In this document: one piece after another, positions 31,284-41,582 of the stretch
Position numbering within the stretch: position 1 is the stretch's first letter
Layout: every line of letters starts with the position of its first letter
Source of the DNA: Fidelibacterota bacterium
GTDB lineage: Bacteria > Fidelibacterota > Marinisomatia > Marinisomatales > Marinisomataceae
Length of the DNA: 64,000 nucleotides
NCBI GenBank assembly: GCA_018672235.1
Contig: JABHGE010000021.1
Span: 1-64,000 of the forward strand
Direction of reading: 5' to 3'
Notes under the pieces: model-generated
The model's input: only the letters and a program-made list of their open reading frames with translations
Databases searched by the model: none
What the model was told of the DNA's origin: nothing
Program-made: the position numbers and the translations under genes

Positions 31284-31630
31284 TATGCTGAAAAGCTAAT
31301 ACCACAGCCACATGTTCGATTGGCATTGGGGTTATTAACTTTAAATCCTCCATTTAGTAAGTCGTTAGAAAAATCTATTTCACATCCTCTGACATAAATC
31401 CAACTTTTCACGTCACAAAATATTTTGATTCCATGGCTTTCATATACTTTATCGAATTCTTTTTTTTCACCATCAAAAGTAATATTATATGACATTCCTG
31501 AGCATCCGCCAGTATCAATGGCAACACGAACGCCTTTTTTTGATGACTCTTCGCTTTCCATGATATTTTTTAGTCGTATAGCAGCTTTTTCTGATATAGT
31601 AATAGGTTGTTCTAGTGGTTGATTTTCCAT
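31283..31630 (-). CDS. A-type Fe-S carrier (SufA/IscA/HesB)
   Basis: [22 protein letters not shown]. Confidence 0.93.
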   Translation of the reverse strand: MENQPLEQPITISEKAAIRLKNIMESEESSKKGVRVAIDTGGCSGMSYNITFDGEKKEFDKVYESHGIKIFCDVKSWIYVRGCEIDFSNDLLNGGFKVNNPNANRTCGCGISFSA

Positions 31631-31631
31631 A

Positions 31632-31946
31632 TTAAAGTCCAAGTTTTTGTTTGCCTTCTTCAGTCATCATTTCTGGACTCCAAGGCGGGTCAAATGTAAT
31701 CTCTACATTAATAGTATCCATGTATTTTAATTCAGTAATCTTATTTTTAATATCATCTATCATATACTGACCCATTGAGCATCCCGGTGTCGTTAAGGAC
31801 ATAGTAATATCTACTCCAAATCTTTCTTTAGGCTGTTCATAGATATGCAAGTCATAGATGAGTCCAAGGTTCCAAAGATCAATTGGAAGTTCAGGATCAT
31901 AACATTCTTTTAGTATGTCAATTATGCTGTTTTTTATATCTTTCAT
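31632..31946 (-). CDS. Second DUF59 metal-sulfur cluster assembly factor
   Basis: CYDPELPIDLWNLGLIY, SLTTPGC, FDPPW. Confidence 0.9.
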   Translation of the reverse strand: MKDIKNSIIDILKECYDPELPIDLWNLGLIYDLHIYEQPKERFGVDITMSLTTPGCSMGQYMIDDIKNKITELKYMDTINVEITFDPPWSPEMMTEEGKQKLGL

Positions 31947-32066
31947 AACAGGAAAAAAATTTAACTCATACGGGTGTTATGTCCTATATTTTTAGAAAAT
32001 ATTTGTTCCAATACTAATCTTATTATAAGTTGATGTTGATTTAACTAAATAATGGGAATTTGAAAT

Positions 32067-32546
32067 ATGGCAACTTTGATTTTACGCGACACGCACCGCA
32101 TACTAGTAGAAAAAATGAAATCTCTTAATAAAGAGAAAAGAGAGACTTCTTTAAGGATTAGAGAAGCAGCTGATCAAGGAGATCTTAAAGAAAATGCTGA
32201 ATATCACGCCGCTAGAGAGCACCAAAGTTTGCTTGTGTATAAAATACAATTTCTACAGTCTCATGCACCATTTAAAATGATCGGGAACAGTGATATTGAA
32301 ACCGATGATGTAGGATTTGGTAATAAAGTTACAATCCACGAAGAAGGCAAAGATGAGGCTGAAGACTATTATATGTTAGGTCCTATCGAATCTGAGCTAG
32401 ATCTTTATCCTCTAGCTGTAACCTATAAGTCACCTTTTGCTCAAGCAATAATTGGCAAAAAGATTAATGAAAGCTTTACGCTTGAAATTCAGGGCAAAGA
32501 TACAAAATTCACAATTACTGCAATTGAAAAAATTTCTGCAGAATAA
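32067..32546 (+). CDS. greA: Transcription elongation factor GreA family
   Basis: EAADQGDLKENAEYHAARE, SPFAQAIIGK. Confidence 0.88.
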   Translation: MATLILRDTHRILVEKMKSLNKEKRETSLRIREAADQGDLKENAEYHAAREHQSLLVYKIQFLQSHAPFKMIGNSDIETDDVGFGNKVTIHEEGKDEAEDYYMLGPIESELDLYPLAVTYKSPFAQAIIGKKINESFTLEIQGKDTKFTITAIEKISAE

Positions 32547-32647
32547 AATAAAATAATCTGAGATAAAAATACCTATTTTTTTAATTTCCATAACTAATTG
32601 CTTACTTTATTTCCGTAATGTAAATTGATGTTCATTTGAAGGCAATA

Positions 32648-34501
32648 ATGAGTAAAAAAGCTAAAATAGAGACAGTAGATAATGTAACCATTCGATTTGC
32701 GGGCGACTCCGGAGATGGAATGCAATTAAGTGGAGGAAGATTTACTCAAACCTCTGCAATTATGGGAAATGATTTAAGTACTTTGCCAGATTTTCCTGCT
32801 GAAATTCGTGCACCTGCTGGATCTTTAGCGGGAGTGAGTTCATTCCAAATTCATTTCAGTTCTCAAGAAATTCATACACCGGGAGAAAATCCAGATGTAT
32901 TGGTCGCAATGAATCCAGCGGCTTTAAAAGTACATTTAAAAGATCTGACACCAGGTGGAACATTAATTATTAACAAGAATGCATTTACGACTAAAAATTT
33001 AAAACTTGCAGGATATGAAAGTGACCCAACAGAAGATGGGTCCTTGGAAGATTATTATTCTGCTCATTTTATAGAGATGAGTAAACTAGTTACTCTTGCA
33101 TGCGAAGGAATTGATTTAGCTCCTAAGTTAATTGATAGAACAAAAAATTTATGCGCTTTGGGCGTTTTATTCTGGATATATGATAGACCTTTAGAGCCTA
33201 CCATTGAGTGGTTAAATAAAAAATTTAAATCCAAACCTGATATTGTCGATGCAAATGTGAAAGCATTGCATGCCGGATATAACTATGGAGATACTGCTGA
33301 AATATTTACTACAAGATATGTAGTAAATAAAGCAAAACTACCCGCAGGTAAATATAGAAATATTAATGGAACACTGGCTACATGTCTCGGGCTACTAACT
33401 GCAGTGGAAAAAAGCAATTTAAGTCTTACTTTTGCAGGTTATCCTATTACCCCTGCAAGTAACATATTACATACATTAGCTAATTGGAAAAGATTTGGTG
33501 TAAAAACTTATCAAGCCGAAGATGAAATTGCCGGAATAGGAGCAGCTCTTGGCGCATCTTATGGAGGTTCTTTAGGTGTGACTGCATCTTCAGGTCCAGG
33601 AATTGCTTTAAAAGGAGAATTCTTAGGCCTAGCAATCATTACTGAATTACCATTAGTTGTTATTAATGTACAAAGAGGTGGACCAAGCACTGGATTGCCT
33701 ACAAAAACTGAGCAATCAGACTTATTTCAAGCAGTATATGGAAGAAATGGAGAAGCTCCAATGCCAGTTATTGCAGCATCTACGCCAGGAGATTGTTATT
33801 ATACAGCATACGAAGCTTGTAGAATAGCAGTAAAATATATGACACCAGTAATGATGCTTTCTGATGGATATTTAGTAAATGGATCAGAGCCATGGATTAT
33901 TCCAAACCCTGATGATCTTGAAGATTTTGATGCAGAGTTTGTAAAAGAAAATTTAACTGATGAACAATACTTACCCTATAAGCGTAACGAAGAAACGCTG
34001 GCAAGAGGATGGGCAATTCCAGGAACTAAAGGCTTAGAGCATCGTATTGGTGGGATAGAAAAACAAGATGTGACAGGTAATGTAAACTATGATTCAGATA
34101 ACCATGAAAAAATGGTTCAAATCAGAGCACAGAAAGTAGCAAATATTGCCAATGAGTTACCTCCTACGGAAGTATTTGGAGAAAAAGAAGGCGATTTATT
34201 AATTTTGAGTTGGGGAAGTACACATGGAACTTGTAAGTCAGCGACAGAATCACTGCTATCAGAAAATTTAAAAGTAGCGCATGTATCTATCAGATGGATT
34301 AGTCCACTTCCAAATGATCTAAAAGATATTTTATCAAACTATAAGAATGTGTTAATGCCTGAGATTAATACCGGGCAATTTCGTCAAATAGTTCGTGCAG
34401 AATTTTTAGTAGATGCAATTGGATTAAATGAAGTTCAAGGTAAACCATTAGGTGCTTCTACTATAGTTGCAAAAGCCAAGGAAATCATCAATGAGCGATA
34501 A
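32648..34501 (+). CDS. korA: 2-oxoacid:ferredoxin oxidoreductase alpha subunit
   Basis: FAGDSGDGMQ, YPITPAS, QAEDEI, QRGGPSTGLPTK. Confidence 0.93.
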   Translation: MSKKAKIETVDNVTIRFAGDSGDGMQLSGGRFTQTSAIMGNDLSTLPDFPAEIRAPAGSLAGVSSFQIHFSSQEIHTPGENPDVLVAMNPAALKVHLKDLTPGGTLIINKNAFTTKNLKLAGYESDPTEDGSLEDYYSAHFIEMSKLVTLACEGIDLAPKLIDRTKNLCALGVLFWIYDRPLEPTIEWLNKKFKSKPDIVDANVKALHAGYNYGDTAEIFTTRYVVNKAKLPAGKYRNINGTLATCLGLLTAVEKSNLSLTFAGYPITPASNILHTLANWKRFGVKTYQAEDEIAGIGAALGASYGGSLGVTASSGPGIALKGEFLGLAIITELPLVVINVQRGGPSTGLPTKTEQSDLFQAVYGRNGEAPMPVIAASTPGDCYYTAYEACRIAVKYMTPVMMLSDGYLVNGSEPWIIPNPDDLEDFDAEFVKENLTDEQYLPYKRNEETLARGWAIPGTKGLEHRIGGIEKQDVTGNVNYDSDNHEKMVQIRAQKVANIANELPPTEVFGEKEGDLLILSWGSTHGTCKSATESLLSENLKVAHVSIRWISPLPNDLKDILSNYKNVLMPEINTGQFRQIVRAEFLVDAIGLNEVQGKPLGASTIVAKAKEIINER

Positions 34502-35504
34502 GCCATTACTAAAGAAAGCTGATTTCCAATCAGATCAAGCCATTCGTTGGTGTCCAGGATGTGGAGACTATGCTATATTAGCACAAACACAAAAAACATT
34601 TCCTCAGATTACTGAAGATAAAGAAAATACGGTCTTTGTATCAGGGATTGGATGTTCTAGTCGATTCCCTTATTATATGAATACGTACGGATTTCATACA
34701 ATTCATGGACGAGCTCCAACAATTGCTAGTGGATTAAAGATGGCTAATCCAGATTTATCTGTATGGTTAGTAACAGGAGATGGCGATGGACTTTCTATCG
34801 GAGGAAATCATATGATTCACCTGCTAAGAAGGAATTTTGATATAAATATTATGTTATTTAATAATCGTATTTATGGATTAACAAAAGGACAATATTCTCC
34901 TACGTCAGAGCAAGGAAAAGTAACATATTCTACTCCAATGGGGTCATTAGATTATCCATTCAAGCCTACAAAGTTAGCGCTTGGAGCAGAAGCCTCTTTT
35001 GTAGCGAAAACAATCGATAAAGAATTAAAGCATTTACAAGCTATGATTCTGCGAGCAAATGAGCATAAAGGAACTTCATTTATTGAAATCTACCAAAATT
35101 GTAATATTTTTAATGACGGCGCTTTTGCTAAGTTAACTGATCGAGATACCAAAGAAGAACAACTGCTTCGATTGGAACATGGCGAGCCACTCATTTTTGG
35201 CACCGAGAAAGATAAAGGTATTTACTTAGATGGCACTACTCCTAAGGTGGTTAAAATAGGGCATGAGTACTCTATAGATGATATTGTAGTACATGACGAA
35301 GAAGATAGGTTTATAGGTGATATGTTAGCTAACTTTACTGAGAGTGAAGAATTTCCAGAACCAGTTGGAGTGTTATACTGCAAAGAAAGACCAACTTACG
35401 ACAGTCTTATGAGCGCTCAAATGGACGAATCTCAAAAAGGAAGTAAGAGCTCAAAAGGATTAAATGAATTACTTAACGCCGGAGATACTTGGGAGGTAAA
35501 ATGA
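34491..35504 (+). CDS. korB: 2-oxoacid:ferredoxin oxidoreductase beta subunit
   Basis: WCPGCGD, SGIGCSSR, GDGDG TPP motif, YGLTKGQYSPT. Confidence 0.93.
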   Translation: MSDKPLLKKADFQSDQAIRWCPGCGDYAILAQTQKTFPQITEDKENTVFVSGIGCSSRFPYYMNTYGFHTIHGRAPTIASGLKMANPDLSVWLVTGDGDGLSIGGNHMIHLLRRNFDINIMLFNNRIYGLTKGQYSPTSEQGKVTYSTPMGSLDYPFKPTKLALGAEASFVAKTIDKELKHLQAMILRANEHKGTSFIEIYQNCNIFNDGAFAKLTDRDTKEEQLLRLEHGEPLIFGTEKDKGIYLDGTTPKVVKIGHEYSIDDIVVHDEEDRFIGDMLANFTESEEFPEPVGVLYCKERPTYDSLMSAQMDESQKGSKSSKGLNELLNAGDTWEVK

Positions 35505-36904
35505 CAAAATTTAGAACCGAAAAAGATAGCTTAGGGGAAGTTAAAGTTCCTGCTAACGCTTATTACGGAGCACAAACTCAGAGAGCAGTTGAAAATTTTG
35601 AAATTGGATGGCCGATGGAGTTTAGTCTTATCTTACCTTATATCATTATCAAAAAAGCTGCAGCCATGACTAATCATGCTCAGAAAAGATTGTCAGAAAA
35701 ATTAGCTAACTCTATTATGAAAGCCTGTGATGATATCACTGATAATCCTGAAAAATTTCTTGATCAATTCCCTGTAGCCGTATTTCAAACAGGAAGCGGA
35801 ACCCAAACTAATATGAATGTTAATGAGGTTGTAGCTAATAGAGCGAATGAAATATTAGGCGGGAAGTTAGGTGAATATAAATTTGTTCATCCAAACGATC
35901 ATGTGAATATGTCACAATCCACTAATGATACATTTCCAACTGCTATTTTAGTAGGGTGCGTACTAAGTGTAGAAGATAATTTATTACCAACCTTAGAGCT
36001 TTTGAAAAAAGGATTACAAAAAAAGAGTAAAGAATTTGACAGTATTATAAAAGTAGGTAGAACACATTTACAAGATGCCACTCCTATAAGGTTGGGTCAG
36101 GAATTTTCTGGATATACTTCCATGATTAGCCATGACATTGAAAGAATTAAAACAGCAGCAAAAGAGTGCAGACAACTCCCAGTTGGAGGAACCGCTGTAG
36201 GAACAGGAATTAATACTCTTGAAGGATTTGATACATTAACAGCTAGCTTTATTGCAGAGGAAACTGATATTGAGTTCAGTGTATGTGATAATAAATTTGA
36301 ATTACTTTCGTCTCAGAATCCTTTATCAAATCTATCTTCTCAGATAAAAATATGCGCAGGATCTCTTAATAAAATTGCGAATGATATTAGATGGTTGGCT
36401 AGCGGTCCTATGGCAGGCATTGGAGAACTAAAACTTCCTTCTAACGAGCCAGGAAGTTCTATTATGCCAGGAAAGGTTAATCCAACACAATGCGAAGCAG
36501 TAAATATGGTATATGCACAAATTTTAGGTAATGATTTAACAGTCAATTACGCTGGATCAAATGGAAATTTTGAGCTGAATACTTATAGACCAATTATTGC
36601 ATCTTCAATCCATGAATCTATTACCCTATTAGCGGAAGTTGCAGAATCTTTCACCTTAAATGCATTAAATGGACTAGAGGCTAATAGAAAAAAAATTCAA
36701 GAAAATTTAAATAAATCATTAATGTTAGTTACAGCATTAAATCCAGTTATTGGTTACGAAAAATCAGCAGAAATTGCAAAGAAAGCTTTAAAAGAGAACA
36801 TTTCATTGAAAGAAAGTGCCAAGAAATTAAAATATCTTTCGGAACAAGAGTTTGATGAGATCGTTAAACCAGAATTGATGGTTTCTCCAAAAAAATATGA
36901 TTAA
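35501..36904 (+). CDS. fumC: Class II fumarate hydratase
   Basis: QTGSGTQTNMN, GRTHLQDATP, GSSIMPGKVNPTQ; GGAGG RBS. Confidence 0.93.
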   Translation: MTKFRTEKDSLGEVKVPANAYYGAQTQRAVENFEIGWPMEFSLILPYIIIKKAAAMTNHAQKRLSEKLANSIMKACDDITDNPEKFLDQFPVAVFQTGSGTQTNMNVNEVVANRANEILGGKLGEYKFVHPNDHVNMSQSTNDTFPTAILVGCVLSVEDNLLPTLELLKKGLQKKSKEFDSIIKVGRTHLQDATPIRLGQEFSGYTSMISHDIERIKTAAKECRQLPVGGTAVGTGINTLEGFDTLTASFIAEETDIEFSVCDNKFELLSSQNPLSNLSSQIKICAGSLNKIANDIRWLASGPMAGIGELKLPSNEPGSSIMPGKVNPTQCEAVNMVYAQILGNDLTVNYAGSNGNFELNTYRPIIASSIHESITLLAEVAESFTLNALNGLEANRKKIQENLNKSLMLVTALNPVIGYEKSAEIAKKALKENISLKESAKKLKYLSEQEFDEIVKPELMVSPKKYD

Positions 36905-38984
36905 ATCTTTTTTAAGTTCTGTTAGAATCATTGCTTATCTTTCTATCTTAGTAATCTTCTATGTTGTATATCTATCAAGAGACTTGCCTTCATTAGAACG
37001 ATTGGAGACATTCGATCCAGCAATGTTATCTACGCTCTACGACAGAAATGACGAAGTCATTGGTGAATTCTATATTCAAAAAAGAGTATTTATTGATATA
37101 GAAGATATGCCAGAACATCTTAAGCATGCAGTTATTGCATCAGAGGATAGGCGATTTTACGGACATTGGGGAGTTGATTTACAAAGTGTTTTTCGTGCCG
37201 TTATAGTTAATGTTTCTTCCATGAGCTTTAGACAAGGTTTTAGTACTCTGTCTCAACAGTTAGCAAGAAATCTTTATAAAGAAGTTGGATTTAGAGATAG
37301 CATTACGAGAAAACTAAAAGAAATGATAACTGCCATTCAGATTGAAAGAACCTATACGAAAGAAGAGATTTTAGAAATGTATTTAAACACAGTACATTTT
37401 GGACATGGAACCTATGGTGCTGAATCAGCTGCAAAAAGATACTTTAATAAAAAAGCATCAGAGTTAACAATTGGAGAATCTGCAATGCTTGTAGGGCTAT
37501 TACCTTCTCCCGCTAATTATTCTCCTCTAAGAAACTTAAATAAAGCAATAGAGAGAAGATCTATTGTTTTAAAGGTAATGTATAATCAAGACTATATTGA
37601 TCACCAAGAGTATATAGAGAATAATAGTATTATCCCTGATAACATTTCCTATGAAATTCCAAGAGGTAAAGCCCCTTATTTTGCAGAATATGTTAGAAGA
37701 ATTTTAGAAAAACAAGATGATGAATTAGGTATTAATATTTATCAGGATGGACTAAAAATTTATACAACTTTAGACTATCGACTTCAAAAGATTGCAGAAG
37801 ATGTTGTGATGAAAACACTTAAAAAAAACCAAGATGAATTCAACACCCAACTCTTTGAAGACCCTGATAGGTTTTCCAAGCTAGGATATTTATCTATTTT
37901 TCCTGAAGACTCAGTAAAAATGATGTTGAATGGACAGATGAAGCTATATGAAGAGCTAAGACAAAACTTATTGGTACAATGCGCATTCATTGCTTTGAAT
38001 AGTAAGAATGGAGAGATATTAGCAATGATTGGTGGAAGATCTGATTATTTAGATCAATACAATCGATCAACTCAAGCTCTACGACAACCAGGCTCTGTAT
38101 TTAAACCATATATCTATACTGCTGCAATTGATAATAATTATCCAGTTACCACACAACTTCTTAATCAGCCCGTTGCCTTATATCGAAATAATGCTAAGGG
38201 AGAGAAAGAAAAATGGACTCCTAGAAATTATGATAATAGTACTGGAGGGTTAACTACATTGAGGGAAGGTCTACGAAGATCATTAAACCTAATTTCTGTA
38301 CGAATGGTTCAAGAGTTAGTTCCACCTCAACAGGTTAAAAATATAGCAAGAAGAATGCAGATTAATTCTTCCATTAGAGCAGTAGATGCAATTGCATTAG
38401 GAACCTCCGAAGTTAGACCCATAGAGATTGTAGCTTCGTATGCAACATTTGCTAATAAAGGAATCTATTCTTCTCCTATTGCCATCACTAGAATTGAAGA
38501 TAAATATGGTCAGATTATTAAAGAATTTACTAATACTCAGAAAGAAGTTTTAAGTCCTGAAACAGCTTATATGGTCACCAATTTATTGCAAACGGTTATG
38601 GATAAAGGTACTGGCGGAAGCGTACGATGGAAATATAAATTTAGACATGTAGCAGGCGGAAAGACAGGTACTACACAAAACTGGAGTGATGCATGGTTTG
38701 TTGGATTTACTCCTAGTATTACCGCCGGAGCATGGTTTGGAGTAGATCAATACCCCATTAGCCTTGGTAAAGGTCAAGCTGGAAGTGTAGCAGCACTTCC
38801 TGCATGGGCATTATTTATGAAAGAAGCACACAAAACATTAAACATACCAAGCGAACCATTTGTAATGCCTGAAGGTGTGGTAGAAGTAGAAATTGATTCT
38901 GATACCAAGCAATTACCTACATCAAGAACGAAGAAAACTGAAATAGAAATATTTTTAAAGAGTAATCAACCTAGATTTAATTAA
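36897..38984 (+). CDS. Class A penicillin-binding protein (PBP1A family)
   Basis: EDRRFYGHWG transglycosylase motif; SVFK, SLN and KTGT transpeptidase motifs. Confidence 0.93.
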   Translation: MIKSFLSSVRIIAYLSILVIFYVVYLSRDLPSLERLETFDPAMLSTLYDRNDEVIGEFYIQKRVFIDIEDMPEHLKHAVIASEDRRFYGHWGVDLQSVFRAVIVNVSSMSFRQGFSTLSQQLARNLYKEVGFRDSITRKLKEMITAIQIERTYTKEEILEMYLNTVHFGHGTYGAESAAKRYFNKKASELTIGESAMLVGLLPSPANYSPLRNLNKAIERRSIVLKVMYNQDYIDHQEYIENNSIIPDNISYEIPRGKAPYFAEYVRRILEKQDDELGINIYQDGLKIYTTLDYRLQKIAEDVVMKTLKKNQDEFNTQLFEDPDRFSKLGYLSIFPEDSVKMMLNGQMKLYEELRQNLLVQCAFIALNSKNGEILAMIGGRSDYLDQYNRSTQALRQPGSVFKPYIYTAAIDNNYPVTTQLLNQPVALYRNNAKGEKEKWTPRNYDNSTGGLTTLREGLRRSLNLISVRMVQELVPPQQVKNIARRMQINSSIRAVDAIALGTSEVRPIEIVASYATFANKGIYSSPIAITRIEDKYGQIIKEFTNTQKEVLSPETAYMVTNLLQTVMDKGTGGSVRWKYKFRHVAGGKTGTTQNWSDAWFVGFTPSITAGAWFGVDQYPISLGKGQAGSVAALPAWALFMKEAHKTLNIPSEPFVMPEGVVEVEIDSDTKQLPTSRTKKTEIEIFLKSNQPRFN

Positions 38985-40330
38985 TTTTTTTTATCTGATA
39001 AAAATAAGATAATTATTCCCACTATAAACAATACAATATTCGGCATCCATGATCCAATAGCAGGATCTAAGAGAGCCCTATCGGCTAGTTGTTCTCCCCA
39101 TATTAATAGAATATAATATATAAGAAAAAATGCAATACTTAAGGCTGAGGCTATTGTAATCCCGCCTTTTCTTACTAGTATACCTAGAGGAGCTCCAACA
39201 AGAGTAAATAATATACAGGCCACTGCAAGCGTAAATTTTTTATGGATCTCAACAAGAAATTTGTTATTATTTTTTTCATAATTTTCTATAAGAGTAAATT
39301 CATTTTGAAACTGTCTTGCATTGTTATTTAGAGATCTTATTTTTTCTTTTTCTTCGTAGTTACTGACAGGAGTTTTGTTATTATAATCTCGATTTTCATT
39401 TATTTCAACAGAAGTATCCTCCTTCAATATTTCAATTTGATTCATGATACCAGCAAGATTCATCTGACTATTTGTATCTATACCAATATCATTTTTAACC
39501 GTTTCGATACGTTTTTTTATTTGTTCTATAGATATTTTATTCTGTTGAATTTTTTCAATCATTGCAGGAACTTTCATTTCACGGTCAGTGCGGTTAGACT
39601 CACTGGTTCTATTCAACAATAAGTCGTCTATAGAAATGATAATCTGATGTGTACCAAATTTTATCTTACGATAATGATCATAATTTTCTAAATCAATTTC
39701 ATGAATTTCACCATCTTGTAAATTCACTGTAATAATACCACCTTTAGACTCTAGCGATCCGCTCTTTGCATAGATAGTGGTTTGTTCTGAGCTTGTATTT
39801 TTGCTAAATATTTTTATATCTTTAAATTCTTTGCCATCTAATTCTTTCACAATCATGGTGTATTGTGGAATCATATCGACAAAGTATCCAGGTTCAATGG
39901 TCAGCTCAGGTTTTTTTTGATAAATATCTCTGGCCAATAATCGAGCATTATAATTCATGTCAGGAAGAATAAAATTGTTGAATAGGCATAATAGAAATCC
40001 TACGATACTTCCAAACCATAGCGCTGGTTTGATAATGCTAAATAAATTTACACCTGCAGATTTTAATGCAGTAATTTCGTTCTCTTGTGACATCCTACCG
40101 TAAGTCATCACACTAGAAATTAATAGAGACATTGGAACAGATAATGCAATGATCCATGCAAGATTTAAATATAGATATTCTAAAATAGTAAACACATCTA
40201 ATCCCTTACCTAGAAAGCGATCAATTGCCCTAATAAGGAATTGAAGAAATAGTACAGTAGTAATAACTCCAACGGATAGAACGAATGGAATAAAGGACTG
40301 TTTAATTAAATATTTGTTTAAAGTGCTCAT
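38981..40330 (-). CDS. lptF: LptF/LptG family LPS export permease
   Basis: ENEITALKSAG, EIHKKF, GAPLG; 3+3 TM layout with periplasmic insertion. Confidence 0.85.
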   Translation of the reverse strand: MSTLNKYLIKQSFIPFVLSVGVITTVLFLQFLIRAIDRFLGKGLDVFTILEYLYLNLAWIIALSVPMSLLISSVMTYGRMSQENEITALKSAGVNLFSIIKPALWFGSIVGFLLCLFNNFILPDMNYNARLLARDIYQKKPELTIEPGYFVDMIPQYTMIVKELDGKEFKDIKIFSKNTSSEQTTIYAKSGSLESKGGIITVNLQDGEIHEIDLENYDHYRKIKFGTHQIIISIDDLLLNRTSESNRTDREMKVPAMIEKIQQNKISIEQIKKRIETVKNDIGIDTNSQMNLAGIMNQIEILKEDTSVEINENRDYNNKTPVSNYEEKEKIRSLNNNARQFQNEFTLIENYEKNNNKFLVEIHKKFTLAVACILFTLVGAPLGILVRKGGITIASALSIAFFLIYYILLIWGEQLADRALLDPAIGSWMPNIVLFIVGIIILFLSDKKN

Positions 40331-40418
40331 TTTTGATTATTTGTAAAAATTTAACTCTACTTGTGTAAAAACGTAAACTATAATAAGTTTGCAGGCTTAT
40401 TTAGTTTATTAAGCCAAT

Positions 40419-40493
40419 GGTGACTGTAGCTCAGTTGGTTAGAGCCCCGGATTGTGATTCCGGCTGTCGTGGGTTCGAGTCCCATCAGTCACC
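40419..40493 (+). tRNA. tRNA-His(GTG)
   Basis: Cloverleaf with G-1 and C73, anticodon arm CCGGA-TTGTGAT-TCCGG, GTTCGAG T-loop. Confidence 0.97.
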
Positions 40494-40504
40494 CATATAA
40501 ATTT

Positions 40505-40579
40505 CGGGATATAGCGTAGTCCGGTTAGCGCACCTCGTTTGGGACGAGGGGGTCGCAGGTTCAAATCCTGCTATCCCGA
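40505..40579 (+). tRNA. tRNA-Pro(TGG)
   Basis: CGGGATA/TATCCCG acceptor stem, CCTCG-TTTGGGA-CGAGG anticodon arm; CCA not encoded. Confidence 0.97.
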
Positions 40580-40585
40580 CAATAA

Positions 40586-40617
40586 AAAGTCTCTTCTTTT
40601 GAAGAGACTTTCTTTTT
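40586..40617 (+). terminator. Intrinsic terminator after the tRNA pair
   Basis: AAAGTCTCTTC-TTTT-GAAGAGACTTT followed by CTTTTT. Confidence 0.85.
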
Positions 40618-40683
40618 ATAGATTAAAATAATCCATAAACAGACAGGACTACTTCGATTGTTTTTTTTGATGTAAATTAAATA

Positions 40684-41544
40684 ATGGGATTCCTAAATAA
40701 AATTATCGATGGTGATAAAAAAATTGAACTCTATAAATTTGAAGGAGAGAGTTTTACTAGCTTGCCAAAGGATTATCATAATGATAATGCTGTTAAGGTA
40801 TGTTTCTTAGATCTTGAAACTACAGGCCTTCAAAAAGATTGTAAGATTATAGAATTTGCTGGAAAAATTACTGCTATTGATAAAAATAGTGGAGAATTAC
40901 TAGGCATAGTAGATGAATATGAATCTTTTAATGACCCAGAAGAAGCCCTTGACCCAGTAATAACAAGAATTACCGGTCTCACTGATGATACTATAGCAGG
41001 ACACTCTATTGATTGGGAAGCTGTATCTCGTATTTTAAATAGTGCAGATATTATTATAGCACACAATGCTTTTTTTGATAGAGGGGTGATGGATCGACAT
41101 TTGCCACTTTCACAAGATAAAGTATGGGCATGCTCTGTTAATGATATTAATTGGACAGAGCGAGGCTTTAGTGCTCGAGGCCAAGAAATTTTATGTATTT
41201 GGCATGGATTTTATTATGATTCACATCGTGCAATGTTTGACGTAGACGCCCTTATTCATTTGATTACTCATGATATCGAGGGCTCAGATAATGCAGTACT
41301 AGAATTATTAGTCAATGCAGCTATGCCTATCTATAAAATTGCTGCAATTGGAAGCCCTTTTCATACAAAAGATCTATTACGATTAAGAAAATATCGTTGG
41401 GATCCAGAAAATAAATATTGGTGGAAAAATATCTCATTGGATGAAATTGATATCGAAAAAGAATGGATGGCTGACACAATTTATAATGGACATTTTCAGG
41501 GCAAGGTAGATGAAATTTCTATTACAGATAAATACAAATCTTAA
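40684..41544 (+). CDS. DEDDh 3'-5' exonuclease (DnaQ-like)
   Basis: DLETTG, AHNAFFD, HRAMFD. Confidence 0.88.
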   Translation: MGFLNKIIDGDKKIELYKFEGESFTSLPKDYHNDNAVKVCFLDLETTGLQKDCKIIEFAGKITAIDKNSGELLGIVDEYESFNDPEEALDPVITRITGLTDDTIAGHSIDWEAVSRILNSADIIIAHNAFFDRGVMDRHLPLSQDKVWACSVNDINWTERGFSARGQEILCIWHGFYYDSHRAMFDVDALIHLITHDIEGSDNAVLELLVNAAMPIYKIAAIGSPFHTKDLLRLRKYRWDPENKYWWKNISLDEIDIEKEWMADTIYNGHFQGKVDEISITDKYKS

Positions 41545-41582
41545 CCCTTTCATTATTTTAGTATAAACTCTATTATTGCCTC

